Assembly: GCA_013265495.1 (NCBI GenBank) | Contig: MU058636.1 | Coordinates: forward strand, 3,459,967 to 3,523,966 | Direction of reading: 5' to 3' | From: Vicugna vicugna | Taxonomy: Eukaryota | DNA: 64,000 bases | Part shown: positions 37,866-51,809 of the stretch, piece by piece | Numbering within the stretch: position 1 is the first letter of the stretch | Layout: each line of letters starts with the position of its first letter | The notes under the pieces: model-generated | Seen by the model: the letters and a program-made list of their open reading frames with translations, nothing else | Database searches by the model: none | Told to the model about the DNA's origin: nothing | Position numbers and translations under genes: made by a program

Positions 37866-38597
37866 ACTGTATCCTGGATGAGACTGTCTTTATTTCCCCT
37901 GGTTGGTGAGCATGTGAAAAAGATTACAGTCCATCCAAATCCTCACTTTGGTATGAAAAGTTCCTTCATGAGCTGGCCCCCTTTTACCTACTCAGTCTCA
38001 GCCACCCCACAAGTCTCCCGTCAAACCACACCCTTCAGCCTAGGTCAGGTTCAGTCTTGCCTCTCCTTTTATCCTTACAAGGCTCTCCCCTTTAGGGGAA
38101 AGCTCTGTCTTCTCTAACCTCTAGGTTATCAATTCAAAGAGTAACAACATTCCTTTGAAGTCCAGCTGGAGTACAACCCGCCCTGTACATTCTGTCTCAT
38201 TCTCTTTTCTCTCTCTTAGAGCTTAATACCCGAGCCTCCATGTTGTGACACAGATCTTGTCTCGCACTGTCTCACATGTGCGGCCACAAGTCTTCAGAGA
38301 GATCGTAAATGTTCTGGTGGCCGCCGTGTCTGATTGACAGATTAATGTAACTGATGTGCTTCATTCTGTCTACGAAGGAAATAGGGTAATTGACAGTAAG
38401 AACTTATCACAGCATATAATAAAACAGAAATATGAATTAAGAATCTGGACCAGGAAAAACTTAAATAAGAGAAAAAGTTCAAGGCCAAGGCAAGAAAAAG
38501 AACATGAACTTTCAGACCATGAAGGTCCACATCAGTGTTATAGTTGAACCCTGAATTTAGCCCAAAGGCTTCCTGACCATCAAAGGCAAAAGGGGAT

Positions 38598-39937
38598 TAA
38601 AGACAAACATGTAGACCAATGGAACAGAACAGAGTCCAGAAATAAACCCTTTAGTAAATGGTCAAATGATCTTGAACAAGAGGGCCAAGACTACTTAATG
38701 GGGAAGGAACAGTCTCTTCACCAAATGGTGCTGGGAAAACAAAATTCACAGGCAAAACAATGAAACTGGACCCTTACCTTATGTCACATAAAAAATTTAA
38801 CTCAAAATGGATTAAAGACCTAAAACTATAAAACTCCTAGGAAAAAAGCATAGAGGAAAGCGTCATAACACTGGATTTCTTGGAAATGCCAAATAAAAGC
38901 ACAGGCAACAAAAGCAAAAATAGACAAATGGGACTATTTCAAACTAATAAACTTCTGTGCATCAAAGGACACAACCATCTGAGTGAAAAGGCAATCATTT
39001 GCAAATCATAAATCTGATAAAGGGTTAATATTCAGAATACATAAGGAACTTCTACAACTCAAAACAATAACGAAGATCTAATAACCTAATTTAAAAATGG
39101 GCAAAAGACTTAAACAGGCATTTCCCCAAAGATGATATACAAATGGCCAACAAGCATATGAAGAGACACTCAGATCCTCAACGCTACTAATCATCAGAGA
39201 AATGTAAATCAAACCACAATGAGATGATCACCTCACATCTATCAGGATGACTACTATCCAAAACCCCCCCAAAACCAAAAACCAAAAAAAGCAACCAAAA
39301 AAGAGAAAACAAGTGTTGATGAGGATGCAGAGAAACTGGAACCCTTATGCACTGTTGGTAAAAATGTAAAATGGTATATCACCATGGAAGACATATGACT
39401 CAGCAATCCCACTTCTGGGTATACATCCACAAGAACTGAAAGCAGGGTCTCAAAGAAATATTTTCACATCCATGTTCACAACAGAATTATTTACAACAGC
39501 CAAAAAGTGAAAGCAACCCAAATGTCCATAAACAAAATGGGACACATCTGTACAATGGAACATTATTCCGCCTTAAAAAGGAAATTCTGGCACCTGCTGC
39601 AGCATGGATGAACCTTAAGGACGTGATGCTCAGTGAAATAAGTCAGTCACAAAAAGACAAATATTGCACAATTCCTCTTATCTAAAATATAATAAGGTAT
39701 CTAAAGTAGTCAAAATCATAGAAACAGAAAGTAGAATGGTGGTTGCCAGGGCCGGGGGGAGATGGGCAGTTGCTGTTTACACAGAGATTACAAAGTTTCA
39801 GTTCTGCAAGATGAGAAGTTCTGAAGATCCACTGCAGAGTAACGTGAGTCTGCTTAGCACTACTTAAATTGTACACTTAAAAATGGTTAAGACGGGAAAT
39901 TCTGTTACGTGTAATTTACCACAAATGAAAAAAAAAA
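38598..39937 (+). mobile_element. 5'-truncated L1 (L1MB-like), disrupted ORF2 3' part plus 3' UTR
   Basis: AGACCAATGGAACAGAACAGAG, AAATGGTGCTGGGAAAAC, AACTTCTGTGCATCAAAGGACAC, GCAATCCCACTTCTGGGTATA, TGTACACTTAAAAATGGTTAAG and an A tail. Confidence 0.93.
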
Positions 39938-42299
39938 GTAAAAGATGACACATGGTCAGTTATGTAATTTTCTTATCGGATAGAATCATACACTTTCTCA
40001 GGGGTGTAAGGTTTTCCCTAATACTAAATTCTCAAAGAAGCATAAGCACTGAGCTGGTCCCTTCCCATCTGCTCTAAGGCTGTGACCACTCACACAAAAA
40101 CAGCTGCAGTTACCTGCTCAGCTGAGGAATCTGCTCTCATTTCTGCCTCCAACCCTTGTGAAACCTTTTTACTCTTCTGTGAGCTTCCTCATCTGTCCCC
40201 TTGGCTTCGTAGTGTCTTCACCTTTTCCTTGGCCCTAGGACCAGTGAGAGTCACCCCTGCATTCAACCTGGCTTCTCTGTCCATGTACCTTTGGGCAAGG
40301 CACCCAAGTCTGGGGCCCTACTTGCAAGGGGGTGGGGTATCGATTTCACAAAAACGATGGAGAAAACAATGTTCTAAACCACTTTCCTACAGCAATTATA
40401 TATATAATTTATTTCTTATAAGGCCCCTTAATAAAAGCCAAGGGCATAACATCAAGATGAAAATCAGCAGTGAGGATAAGTCGTTAGTGCACCAAAGTAA
40501 TACACAAAACTTTGTGTTTTAAAGTTCCTCTTCTCTAAAGAAAACACCTCCTTTAAGCTCTCAGATAATCTCCCCTGCTGTGCCATCGCTGTACATTTTA
40601 CCAGGTTCTTGCATTGCAGCTCTGTTTGCATCATTTTATTTTCCCTGTTAGACTGTGAACTCTATGAAGGCAGGAAATACATCTTATTCATCTCTGTATT
40701 TACAGTATTAAGTAAAGTAAAGGATATGTTTAGTATTGGCTGTGCTTTTTATATAAAAAGGTGTTAATTTTATTACAGGCTACGCCAGTGAGTCATGCTG
40801 TATGCTCATTAAGCATACACATTAATCAATGTGAAAAATAACAGAAACACCTATAAAATACACTTAAAAAGTACCAGAGGAGATCCTTACACTTAAACAA
40901 CTGACACCAGAAAAGGCCACTTAAAATAAATTCACTTGAATCACAGCTAAATTTTGTAATAAATCTTTCAAGGGAAAAAGGTTTAATTGATGAAACCCTA
41001 ACTTTGTTCTCAGAATGAACAAAGTGAATAAATTACTGACGTTCAGGGGTGCATTTTTTCTGACAAAATGTATGTCAGCACAATATAACACTTCTTACGC
41101 CATGTTTTTTGAATTATACAGCTTGATCATTAAAAATGTCTTTTTTCAAAAATATTCAAGGTGGAGAACTGATCAACTTTCCAAAGGCCTCCCAAATCTT
41201 AAAATATTCACATCATTGTTTTTTTTTGAAGCATCTATCATGTTATCATCCCTATCAATTTTTTTTCATTTATAACCATTAATTAGTCTCTCATCGATAA
41301 TTCTAGCTGTTTTCTAACATCACTTTCATAGGCTCCATGAAAATCTTCTATCTTTTCAAAGATTTGCATTTTCTCTCTGCTATCGATTTGATGTGCACTG
41401 TTCAGTGTTTGCAACACTGGAGAGACTGTTCACTGGCTTCCATATGTTAAGAGGACAGAGATGTCTGAATGAGGACTGATTTCACAAGTCAATACTCCAT
41501 TGTTTGTGAATGTTTCCTGTGGGGACTCTGATAATGACAGCTCGAAGAAAAGGGCTCCTCTGCACCATTTTCCGCATTTGCTTTCTCTTTCTCTCCCCTC
41601 ACGGAATGGTCCCTAACTTTAGACCCCTCCCTTGACAAGGCTCTGACAGAGTTTGATGGAGTTCATCTGAGGCTGGGCTTTGTCAGCACTCAGGGAAGAC
41701 AAGAGGGATCGTCCATATTTACGCAGTTCATTCTGAAGTTTCACAACTGCCAGGATTTGGAAAATAAAGTGCATATCATGAAAATGATAGAGAACTTCTT
41801 CTGAAAGTCAATACTCTGCAGAATCAAAGGCTTCATTAAGAGGAGGTGTGTGCTGTTACTTTCTCTAAGCCAGAAAGAAGAGAAATGCTAGTAAGAAAAG
41901 AGGAAGATGAGCGCCTTTTCTTCCATGATTATTTTAACCATTTGGGACTTTGGAAAAAAAATTTCCAGGATTAACTGCTTCAGGATGAAAACTGCAAAGA
42001 TATTCTCATCTAGGTGCCATATTTGCTGTAGCTTATCCTCCCACTTGTTAGAATTAATACACATTTTTTCTATCCCCCACCAATGATGACAGTTACGTAC
42101 TATGGGCCAAAGCTAGGCAACACAAACACAATCTACTCTCGTAATTTTCACAAATAATGTAATTAAGAAAACAGAAGCACGTTTTAAATTTGATTTTCTA
42201 ACATTGTGTTCTGCAGAGCCGGAAACAAAAAAGTGCACTCAAAAGTTTCCTTTCAAAAGGAATGGAAAACTATTTTCTCCAACTAAATAGAAGGTACTA

Positions 42300-43900
42300 T
42301 GACAAACAATTCTCAGCGTGTTGCAGGTGGACCAATTATTTTTCTTCTCATAATCAATATTTTAAAAAATTAAGTATCCAAGTTATACACATGTGTAGTG
42401 TGTACAGAGTACTGACTCCCTATCAAAGGATATCAGGATTCAAACTTTTCCCCCAACTTCTTCCTCACAACACACTTTCCTCCTTCAATTTCCTAATATA
42501 AAGATTTTTAAAAATTAAGTCAATATGGATTATATTATTAAGTGGCTAGGTAAGTAGCGTTCATATAGTGTACCATCATGACATCCCATTCCTTGCACAT
42601 CTTTGTTTTCCTACAATTAGTAATCACCTTTCCTGCTTTCATTTGCTTAGGTTTCTATGTGACTCTCACCATTTTCCATTCCACTCTCCAAGAGACATGT
42701 AAACTTGCTCTGACCCCTCAGGCTACTCTTGGCAGCAGTGTTCCTTTCGGACCCCTGTCCATGGTCCAGAGTCACTGCTAAGCCTGCTGTATGACTGTAG
42801 TTTCGGGTTTCTTTTTACCACCATCTCGGAGGTTTCTGTCCCTCTTTTCTGCCTCCTGGATCCTTGGTCTTCCCTGTTCCTTATGTTTATATTTTCTAGA
42901 AACCTCCTGTGGAAGGCAGCATGGGAGGCAAATTTTTTGAGACTGTGTTTTGCTTGAACTTGATTGGCATGTTGGAAATAATTTTCCCTCAGAATGTTAT
43001 GGGCATTTCTCTCTTGTCTTGTGGTTTCCAACACTGCCTTAAAACAGTGGAGTTATTTTCTGTCTTGATCCTTTATCTCCTCACCTTTACCCAGTCACAT
43101 GCTAAGATTTTAAAATCTCCTCTATTTCTGGCTCTAAATTTCACAATGATGTGTCTGGGAATGGAACTTTTAGAGATGGTAAGCTTTTTATTGAAGAATA
43201 ATATACTTGCAGAAGACAGTATAAATCATAAATATCAACTTGATGAACTTTACAAAATGAACGAACATACTGCATAATTAGTAAGTACCTACATTAAGAA
43301 ATGGACTACTACCAAGAGCCTGTTTCCAGCCACTACCTGCCCTAGTGGTAACCAATATACTAATTTTTAACACCATAGATCAGTTTGCCTGTTTGAATTT
43401 TTGTATAAAAGAAATCATACAATATGTACTCTTTTGCAACTGGTCACTTTTATTCACCATCAAGTTTGTAAGAGTCATCTGTGCCAGCTGCATGTGGTGG
43501 TAATAATTCATTCATTCTTGTTGCACTGTATGAACATACTAAAATTAGTTTATCCAACTTTAATGTTCAGGGACTCTTGACTGTTTTCACTTTTTGGCTA
43601 CTACAGATGGTGTTGTTATAAACATAAACATGGCCTTTGATGAAAAGATGCATGTGCTACTGTTGGCTGGTGTGATAACTCTTTTTCATTTTTTGGCTGG
43701 GGACTCAGGGAACCCTTTCCATCTGAATATTTCCATTTTCCCATTTAGAGAAACTTTCTGGAATTACTTCTTTGACAATTTATTCCTCCTCTTTTTTTTC
43801 AACACTGCTCTAGTTGTTTTCTTAGTTTATCTTCATTTCATTAAAAAATACTGTTGCTCAACATTCTTAGTGAAAGTTTAATAATTCTCTATGGTGGTGA
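42300..43900 (-). mobile_element. Cluster of ancient antisense L1 fragments
   Basis: GGAAATAATTTTCCCTCAGAA, AATTTCACAATGATGTGTCT, TTTTAACACCATAGATCAGTTTGCC and AATCATACAATATGTACTCTTT. Boundaries uncertain. Confidence 0.6.
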
Positions 43901-43964
43901 AAAACCTAATGAACCTAATGTAAGGCAAAGCTATTTTCATTTGACCAAGTATTAGTGTCTTTTA

Positions 43965-44128
43965 CCTACAGCCTGAAGCAGAGCAACCCAGTTGAGCCCA
44001 TTCTATATAAGCCAGACCTTGGTCAACCTTCAGACTTGTGAGGATGAGAATAAATACATATTGATGGAAACCACTGCATCTGGGGTGATTTGTTACAAGG
44101 CATGTTATTGCAATAGCTGTCTAATACC
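43965..44128 (+). mobile_element. MLT1 LTR 3' fragment
   Basis: GAATAAAT...AACCACTG...GGGGTGATTTGTTAC...GCAATAGCTGTCTAATAC terminus. Confidence 0.7.
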
Positions 44129-45567
44129 ATGGGATTAGGGCCTTTACAAACAGGACTCTAGTGTTTAGAAAAAAAGCCACCTATGTTTAGGAGAAAGTAA
44201 AAATTCTCACACTACAGTGGAAAGCCCTCTCTTATCATTTGCTGTATTTCATCTAATGGTGTTTTCCTAACAGAACTTGCCACAGTAATGCCACTGTTTC
44301 AGGTTTCTAAATCATGCCATAAGCACCTGTCATGGGAAACTGTGACATCACCAGCATTTTTTTTCTTTCCACCAAGAAGGATATTTTGTTAATGAGCAGT
44401 GACTGCTACACACATTACATCAACATGTGTGCCTCTTTTCCAAAAGATAAATTACATGCATTGTAATAAAATTAGAGAATATGTGTTGTTCACAAAATTC
44501 CTATGAAAGAAGGCCTTCTTTGCCCAGAATTATGCTTGCTTGCTGCTCAGTGTTTCTACTGAGTTATGGTAAGATGTCACTCAGGGACCTGGAGCTGTTG
44601 CCCAAGGGGATGTAAAAGTCAGAACATCTCTCCCAGGGAAGCAGTTGCTCACAGAGCTGTGCTATGAACTGTGGGCTGACTCCTCAGGGTCTCTAGGATC
44701 AAATGAACCACTGTTCTGGAAGTGCTTACCTTGGACAGCAAAGGCCACTGTGCAGAGAGGTGGAAGCTGTCACTATTAACAGTGCCCCTGGTAGTAAATA
44801 CAGGGGACAGTGTGAGCTCCCTTCGGTTGCTTTCTCTTTTGGTATCCCAAAATTTTAGTTCTACTGCAATCAGAAGAATTTGAGAACGGTCTGGCCAGAC
44901 TAGGGCAGTAGCCCTGTATTTGGCAGAGCCTAAAGCAACACTTCCGTAATAAATACTAATTTTTAAAGTACACGAGCTTAGATGATTTTACAAGTTAATA
45001 TTCATATTTACTAGAAAGATTCTAAATGGAATACATGTGTGTATACTACTTAAAAATCTCATGTTTTCTTTAAAAAACTAAACCGAAACTCATTACAAAG
45101 AAAAGATTAATGCTAGTGCTGTTAGGACCACAGGGAGCTGCAGTCCTTGCAGGGAGTCATGCACGTTCACTTGTCTGTATCTTCACTCACATACGTGAAA
45201 ACTATGGAGCTCTGACCTCGTGCTAGGACTGTGTTAAATGCTAGGACACAAGGCTGGGTGGCTTTCATAGGGCTTACGTAAAGTCAAAGGAGGACAGTAG
45301 ACAATCACAAGCTATTATAACAAGTCCGTAATACGCCTGTGGCTGAATGGGATGAGAGAACATGGTCTCCCTAACAGGGTGGGGGAAAGATGTCAAGGCC
45401 AGAAAATCTAAATTGAGTCCTGGGGTCTTTAGTGTTTCCTTGACTTAGGGAGTCTTTCTCTGTAACTATCTATTATTCACTTGCCTTCTTTGTTCAGCTC
45501 ACCACCTACCAAAGGAAAATTGCTCCCCTCCCTAGGGATCCTCTGATGATGCTCCCAGACCACCTCA

Positions 45568-45702
45568 TTTTTTTTTTTTTTTATGGGGAAGGAGGTGTTT
45601 AGGTTTATTTATTTATTTATGTTTAGAGGAGGTATTGGGGACTGAACCCAGGACCTCTTGCATGCTAAGCATTCACTCTATCACTTGAGCTATACCCTTC
45701 CC
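45568..45702 (-). mobile_element. tRNA-Ala-derived SINE (Vic-1-like)
   Basis: T run, AGGTTTATTTATTT, GGAGGTATTGGGGACTGAACCCAGGACCTCTTGCATGCTAAGC...GAGCTATACCC. Degenerate TSD CCCAG..CACCTC. Confidence 0.92.
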
Positions 45703-46889
45703 CCAGGACACCTCTTCTTTTGCCAGAGTATTTGCAGTATCTAGGTGAGCTTGGCTTCAATACCAGATTGATTCTGTCACTGCTACTCAAGCATAAGAAT
45801 CACTCCCGGGAGGAAATTCTACATTTGGAAACTCATGTTATAGGAAATATAAATATTTCCTACTTTGCAAGTCCTGTAAATACACACTTCACGTTTTAAG
45901 TTTACTAAGAAGTAGAAATACTTGTACTTTTTAAACTGAGACAATAAACTAGCTAGTGGAAGACAAAAGTAATTCTAGATACATCTGATAGATTTTTTAA
46001 AGTGCAGGTACTTGGAGAGGCACTACCCTGGCACGTGTTCATTTTAGACTGCATGTAAACTAGTCCGACAGGTGTTAGGAGACAGATGTTCACCAAATGC
46101 TGGGCCCTCAGGGAGAAAACTAAAAAAGTATAGAGCATATTTCCCTTAGTATCAGCAACCAAAGAAAACATTTTACTATCCATAATCATGATTTCTAAAA
46201 ACAGTAAGAAAAGAATTTATTGAATACCTACTATATGCCAAACAGTACTAGACACGGTGATAAGTGATAAACCCTTCATGTATCAAATAATCCCTTTAAT
46301 TTATCAGTCGTGGCTTAAAGAAGTCCTAGAACTAATTTTACCCCTCCACAAGTCTTATTTTTTCCTTTAGGTTTAAAGTCCATCAAACTGAAATAAACCA
46401 AGTCAGGTTTCTTATGAACTTACTGAAATTGACTGCCATGTCCTGGTGATTCTTCTGACCAATATAGTTTCAAAGCTGTCTTCGCCCCTCTATCTTTGGC
46501 ATCCTTTTCCTTTAGGCCTACAGAATTTGTCCTCTGAACTACTGTAATACCTTATGATCTAATCTTTCTGCCGTAATTTTGCCCCTTTCTAATCCATTCT
46601 TGTTGAACTGTTAATATAATCGCTTAAAACACAGAAGATGTGTGGAGTTCTTCAATGTTGCTCTGATGCCTTCGGGATACAGCCCAGACACGCCAGCCCA
46701 GCTCACTGGCTTCTCACGCCTCACTTCTGTCATTCCCCGCCCATCAGCTTTCCATGTCCAGTCACACTTTACCCCCTGCAATTTTTAAAAAGCTCCAAGT
46801 TTCCTCCTGCCTTGGTGTCTGTCACAATCTCATGCTAGACTGCTCCTTTTCACATCCTCCCAACCCCTACCCACAGCCCCCAACTAACT

Positions 46890-47260
46890 TTTCCCTCCAA
46901 CTTTTTTATTTTGGAAAATTTCAAAAAGTTGTAAGTTTAGTACAATAAACACTTATATATCATTCACCTACATTCATCAGTTATTAACATTCTGCCACAT
47001 GTGTGTTCATTTGCGCCGCCACCCCCCCGCCCCCACCGCCGGGGCCCATTTCACGCACGTTTACTTTTGCCAAATCATTTGAGAGTAAGTTGCAGACATT
47101 AGGACACTTTACTCTTCAGCTGTTCAGTGTGTATCTCCTAAAAGGAGGATATTCTCTTATATAACAACAAAATGATCACACTCAGGAGATTTAACGTGAT
47201 AATCTTAAAATTTAATTGGAATACAGTCAATATGCAAATTTCACCCCAATTCTCCCAATT
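46890..47260 (-). mobile_element. L1MC-like 3' fragment
   Basis: TTTTATTTTGGAAAATTTCAAA...TTAACATTCTGCCACAT...CATTTGAGAGTAAGTTGCAGACAT...GTGTATCTCCTAA. Confidence 0.75.
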
Positions 47261-47551
47261 GGCTAACTATTATTTATCTTTCTAGACTAAGCTCTGGAAA
47301 AAGGACATGCGCTTCTAACACACACACAACGCATTAGGTGTCTCTCTTCCTTATTTTTACTACCTTTTGCATACTTCTATTGAAGCACTTCCCACATTGT
47401 ATCGTACTATTTCCTTTGCTGTAGTTTTGGAAACTCAACCAGACATGTCAATTTCTCTCGCACTTCATAACTACCTGGCATTCATCGTTGATTGAAAGGA
47501 TAAATAAGTGACATCCGAAATGCTCATTCCACTCTCATTATAACTGGTCAA

Positions 47552-48102
47552 TGTGTCTCAGAGCCTCTGGGTGCCACTCACGTCTTCTCAATTTCACCTC
47601 TTATTTCAAAAGCTGCCCCTGGTGCCCAGTCCCGCATAGGCTTCTACCAGCCCTGTGCAGATGCAACCTGACAGCACCCCGCTCTGAGTCTGTGCTGTGA
47701 ACCCCCAGGGCTACGCCAGTGTGGGGGCAAAGGATTCCAATGGGGAACGGCTGGTCTTCAATCTGGCATGCACAATCTGGAAACAAGGCAAGGAAGATCT
47801 CTAGGGCCACCCTTGACCACTGAGAGACAGGAGCTCATGGAACAGTGCTTCCCTACTTCTGATCCTAGGGTGGCCAATTCTGAGATGCATCCTGTAAGGT
47901 TCCTCAAAAGTCCCCACAGGATCAAGTAGCAGATATTTATAACAGTTGCCAGCTTGAAGAGGATCCATGGAGTGGCTTTCCCTCCTTCCTGGGGCCACTC
48001 CCTGTTTCTCACAGTCTGTTCTTTGGGGTCAGAATCTCAAACTAGCTACCCGCATCCAAGTCTTTGGAACACTCTCTGCTTTCAGGAGAGCCCAGACTAA
48101 CA
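47552..48102 (+). mobile_element. ERVL solo LTR (LTR16-like)
   Basis: TG...CA ends, CAATTCTGAGATGCAT...GTCCCCACAGGAT and 3' end CTCTGCTTTCAGGAGAGCCCAGACTAACACA. Confidence 0.65.
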
Positions 48103-48362
48103 CAGTGTGGCAAGGGTAAAGAACACAGGCAGATCTGAATTTGAATCCAAATTTGGTCATTCACTAGCTATGATCATTAGCTGGTAATTTAACTTCTCTC
48201 AGTCTGACTCTCTTCGATTTACAATGAGGATAATAATACTTTGCAGGATTGTGATAATTACAAATTAAAAATTCCTTCCCTTCCTCATATATACTGTACA
48301 TGCGTATATATATGCATATAAAATACATAAATTCTTAGAGTTATATTTGAATCTAATAAACC

Positions 48363-48897
48363 ATGTTGAATGTCTGTCCAGCCTAGGAACTATCTTTCCT
48401 CTTCCCATTTCTCTTAAAACACACTTATCTCCCCTTCCCACAGTTACTTGGGCATGGGCTCATGTGTTCACACTCTTACTAGGAAATTCTGTGATCCTCC
48501 CCCTTCTAGCCATAGCTAATTGGACTATGAGTATATTCTTTTTCTTAGGAAACTGACCTTGAGATTAAAAAAACAGGCAGTTAACCTCTCATATGTCTTT
48601 AGCTATAAAATATAAATCCAGGGTCTGTGGATTGGTGATACTCTGCCATGTGGATGAAGAAACACAAACATCTAGTCACTAGAAAGAAGCAAACACGAAG
48701 TGCTGTACTTCATTGCAGTCCTGCATAAAGAAGAAGAGACAAGGGAGAGAACTGAGAAAGAACTTCCTGGAATCTCGATGTTCCAGCGTCCAGTCCCTTC
48801 TTGAGGCCCAGCTGCATTCTTCTACCTACATCCCTTTTTTGGCACTGGCTAATTTTAGCTAATCGCTTTTATTAGCAATCCAAGTTCTGACTAATGC
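48363..48897. mobile_element. Possible old ERVL/MaLR LTR (LTR33-like)
   Basis: Starts TGTTGAATGTCTGT, ends GTTCTGACTAATGCA. Internal CCTTCTTGAGGCCCAGCTGCA. Confidence 0.45.
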
Positions 48898-49959
48898 ACT
48901 GAATACAGTAATATCTTGAGTAAACAATGTATAGAATTATTTTTAAAAATAATCATCCTAAGTTTAGGAAAAGCCATAGCACATTTCACATTATAATGTA
49001 ATATATTAAATAGAAATTTCAGGAAGAAATTCTCAATCTGGAGATGAGAAATTTAAGAAAGCTGATACAGCATTGTATCTCATAGGAATATGTTGTCTTA
49101 TTTCTACCTAAGATTTCCAAAGCTTTGGGACTTCAGAAGTGTCTTGATTCAAAACCTCTATTCACTACCATAGTCTTCGTAGTCACATCAGAATGTATTA
49201 AGGATTACTATGCTTGAAATATTAATCTGTATGGATCTTACAAAATACTCCAGGTTGCTTATACATGTAGTGAGAAATGAGAATTATTCAGAAAAAAAAT
49301 TTTACTTTCTCAACAGGAGGTGTGTCAGAAAGCTGCAAAGACCTCAGAAAAAGCAGCTTTTGGAAACAGGAGACACCAGTAAGTCTTCAAAGAGAGAATT
49401 CATTGAAACAATTTATAGAATCTTTGTAAGACACTGAATATAACTTAATTTACTTGCACAACAAATTAAAAACAAATGATTTCTTATGCTAATTTTTAAC
49501 ATCATAGCTTTTTATGATTTTATGTAAATATTTTAAACGCGCATGGTGGGAAAGAATAGTAATTGTATGTGATTTTATAGGCTTATAAAATTTGCACTGA
49601 ATTCCACATTTTTCAGGGTTGGCTTTTCCCACGTTTTCATCTTTATTTTTATACAAGCAGTGTTCTAATGGAAAGAAGTCCCTCAATCCTAGTAAAAAAA
49701 AAAATCCCTTGGTTGCTGCACATCAGTCCAAATAATCTCTAAGAACTCTAAACATAATCATAGTGATCCTCAACAGCAGTTCTAGGGCTAAAGGAATAAA
49801 GTCTGGTCTATGTTATTTTGTGCCGTTACTTATTTTTTATGTGGGTATGCCTCTGGAGGTCAAAGGTCAAGCTTTGTATCTCTTGTCTGCGCCCAATGCC
49901 TCACTTTGTCTATAACTGTGCTCCAATAAATGCTGATCAAAGACTCCTAGACTTACAGA

Positions 49960-50185
49960 CTTACCTTGGAGTTACAAAGGCTTTGGCAGTCATCTAGCCC
50001 AATGCTCCACCATCCCACTTTACGAACAGCCAGCCTTTGCAGAAACACTTCCAGGGGAAAGAATGCCTCTGTGCCAAGACAGTTTCATTAAGGATGACAA
50101 AGCTAATCCTTACCTAATTATTTCTTAAGTTGAGTCAAACTTTGCCTCTTTTTAGTCTTTCACCCACTGGTTCTAGTTCTAACCT
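49960..50185. mobile_element. L3/CR1 fragment
   Basis: GTCATCTAGCCCAA...AACACTTCCAGGG...TTGAGTCAAACTTTGCCTC...CACCCACTGGTTCTAGTTCT. Confidence 0.6.
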
Positions 50186-51084
50186 AGGGGATTATGGAGA
50201 ATACAGTTACGGAAAGGAACAGGGGACACTGGCGAGAAAGTGAGACAAGAAAAAGTTTTTCCACTGTACTCAGAGATGGACTTGAAACTCAGGTCTGTCG
50301 GTTTGGTACGTGTTGAAGAGGTGGTTCCTGAGTCTGGATGTCCCTGTGCTTGTCTTGGCTCCCTCCTCGTTCCCCACATCCAGCATGTTTTGTGTATGCC
50401 TGAGAATGATGTATGCTAAAACTGTAATGACATATGCACCTGAATTAGCATCGTACAACTTCCCCAAATCGAGCCCATGCAGAAGTTATGAAGAAAAGGA
50501 TAATGGAGGGAACAAGGATTTGAGTTGCTCCTTCTTGTCTTTCCCTTGGAGCCTTCACAAATATGAAGCAGAAAGCTTTTCTCATCCATTTTGAACTGTG
50601 GCAGTCTGGAAACAACCTCTGCTACCTTGACTGCTTGACTACGTTTTTCAATGGGATAAGTGAAAAATGATAAAATATTCCAGCTACTCTGCTATCTGTA
50701 ATTTGATGGAATTCAGTTTGTGTTCCTTTGGCAAAAGTGAACTAGTGCCTATAGCTTGCATCTCATTGTTAGCCAAAATTGTGGAGTTTAAAACCATTTG
50801 CTCACCAAGACCTCAGGAAGGAAATACAAAAAAGATAACTGAAGTGAACACGATTCACATAAAAAATAAACTTCTTTTTTTAAAGATGAAAACATGTTCA
50901 ACCTTGCTAAGCTTTAGAGAAACATAAATTAAAACATCTGGGCTTTCAGCAGTACTTGTTCTCAGTGAAACAGCAAGTCTACCTCTAGTGGCCTATAATC
51001 TTCCTTCCTCCAAAGACACTCCGACAGATACAATCAAACCCTTCCAGTGTCGCCACATATACTCCTAATGTTAGTCCTTGGAAC

Positions 51085-51441
51085 TGTTTTAGCTTGGCTG
51101 CTGTAACAAACTACCACAGACTGGGTGGCTTAGACAACAAACATTTCTTTCTTACAATTCTGGAGGCTGGAACTCCAAGACCGGGATGCCAGCATGATAC
51201 ATTTCTGGTGAAAACCCTCTTCCTGGTTACAGATGGCCATCTTCCCGGACCCTCACAAGGCGAAGAGCAGAGAGAAAGCCAGCCCTCTCATGTTTCTCTT
51301 TATCAGGGCACTAATCCCATGGATGAGGCCTCCACCTCATGACCTAATTACCTCCCAAAGGCCCTACCACCTAACACTATCATGCAGTTAAGACTTCAAC
51401 AGATGAATTTTGGGCGGGACACAGACATTTAGTCCACAGCA
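51085..51441 (-). mobile_element. MaLR solo LTR (MLT1A-like)
   Basis: GGCTGCTGTAACAAACTACCACAGACTGGGTGGCTTA...TTCTGGAGGCTGG...GGGCACTAATCCCAT...CCTAATTACCTCCCAAAGGCCC. Confidence 0.9.
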
Positions 51442-51474
51442 GAACTGCAGGCGTTTTTTCTGGGTACCCTAGAG

Positions 51475-51663
51475 CAAGGGTTCTCAAAGTGTTATCTTGT
51501 ATCAGCTTCATTGGCACTACTTGGGAATTTGTTAGAAATGCAAATTCTTGGGCCCCACCCCAGACCCACTTCCTGAATCAGAAACTGGCAGTGGGGCTCA
51601 GCAATGGAGTTTAACGAGTCTCCAGGTGATTCGCTGCACTTTCAAGTTTAACGACTACCACTG
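51475..51663. mobile_element. MER5A MITE
   Basis: GGTTCTCAAAGTG...TTGTTAGAAATGCAAATTCTTGGGCCCCACCCCAGACC...TGAATCAGAAACT...CCAGGTGATTC. Confidence 0.88.
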
Positions 51664-51809
51664 TAGGCTGAATTATGTCCTTGAGGGCAGGGACCAAAAC
51701 TTGCTGAAAGCTGAAACCCTGGCACATGGCTCACTGTTGAATAAATAAATAGCCTACCCATTTCCCCGGAAAACTCTGAATCTCTCTTTCTCTCTCTCTC
51801 TCTCTTTAT

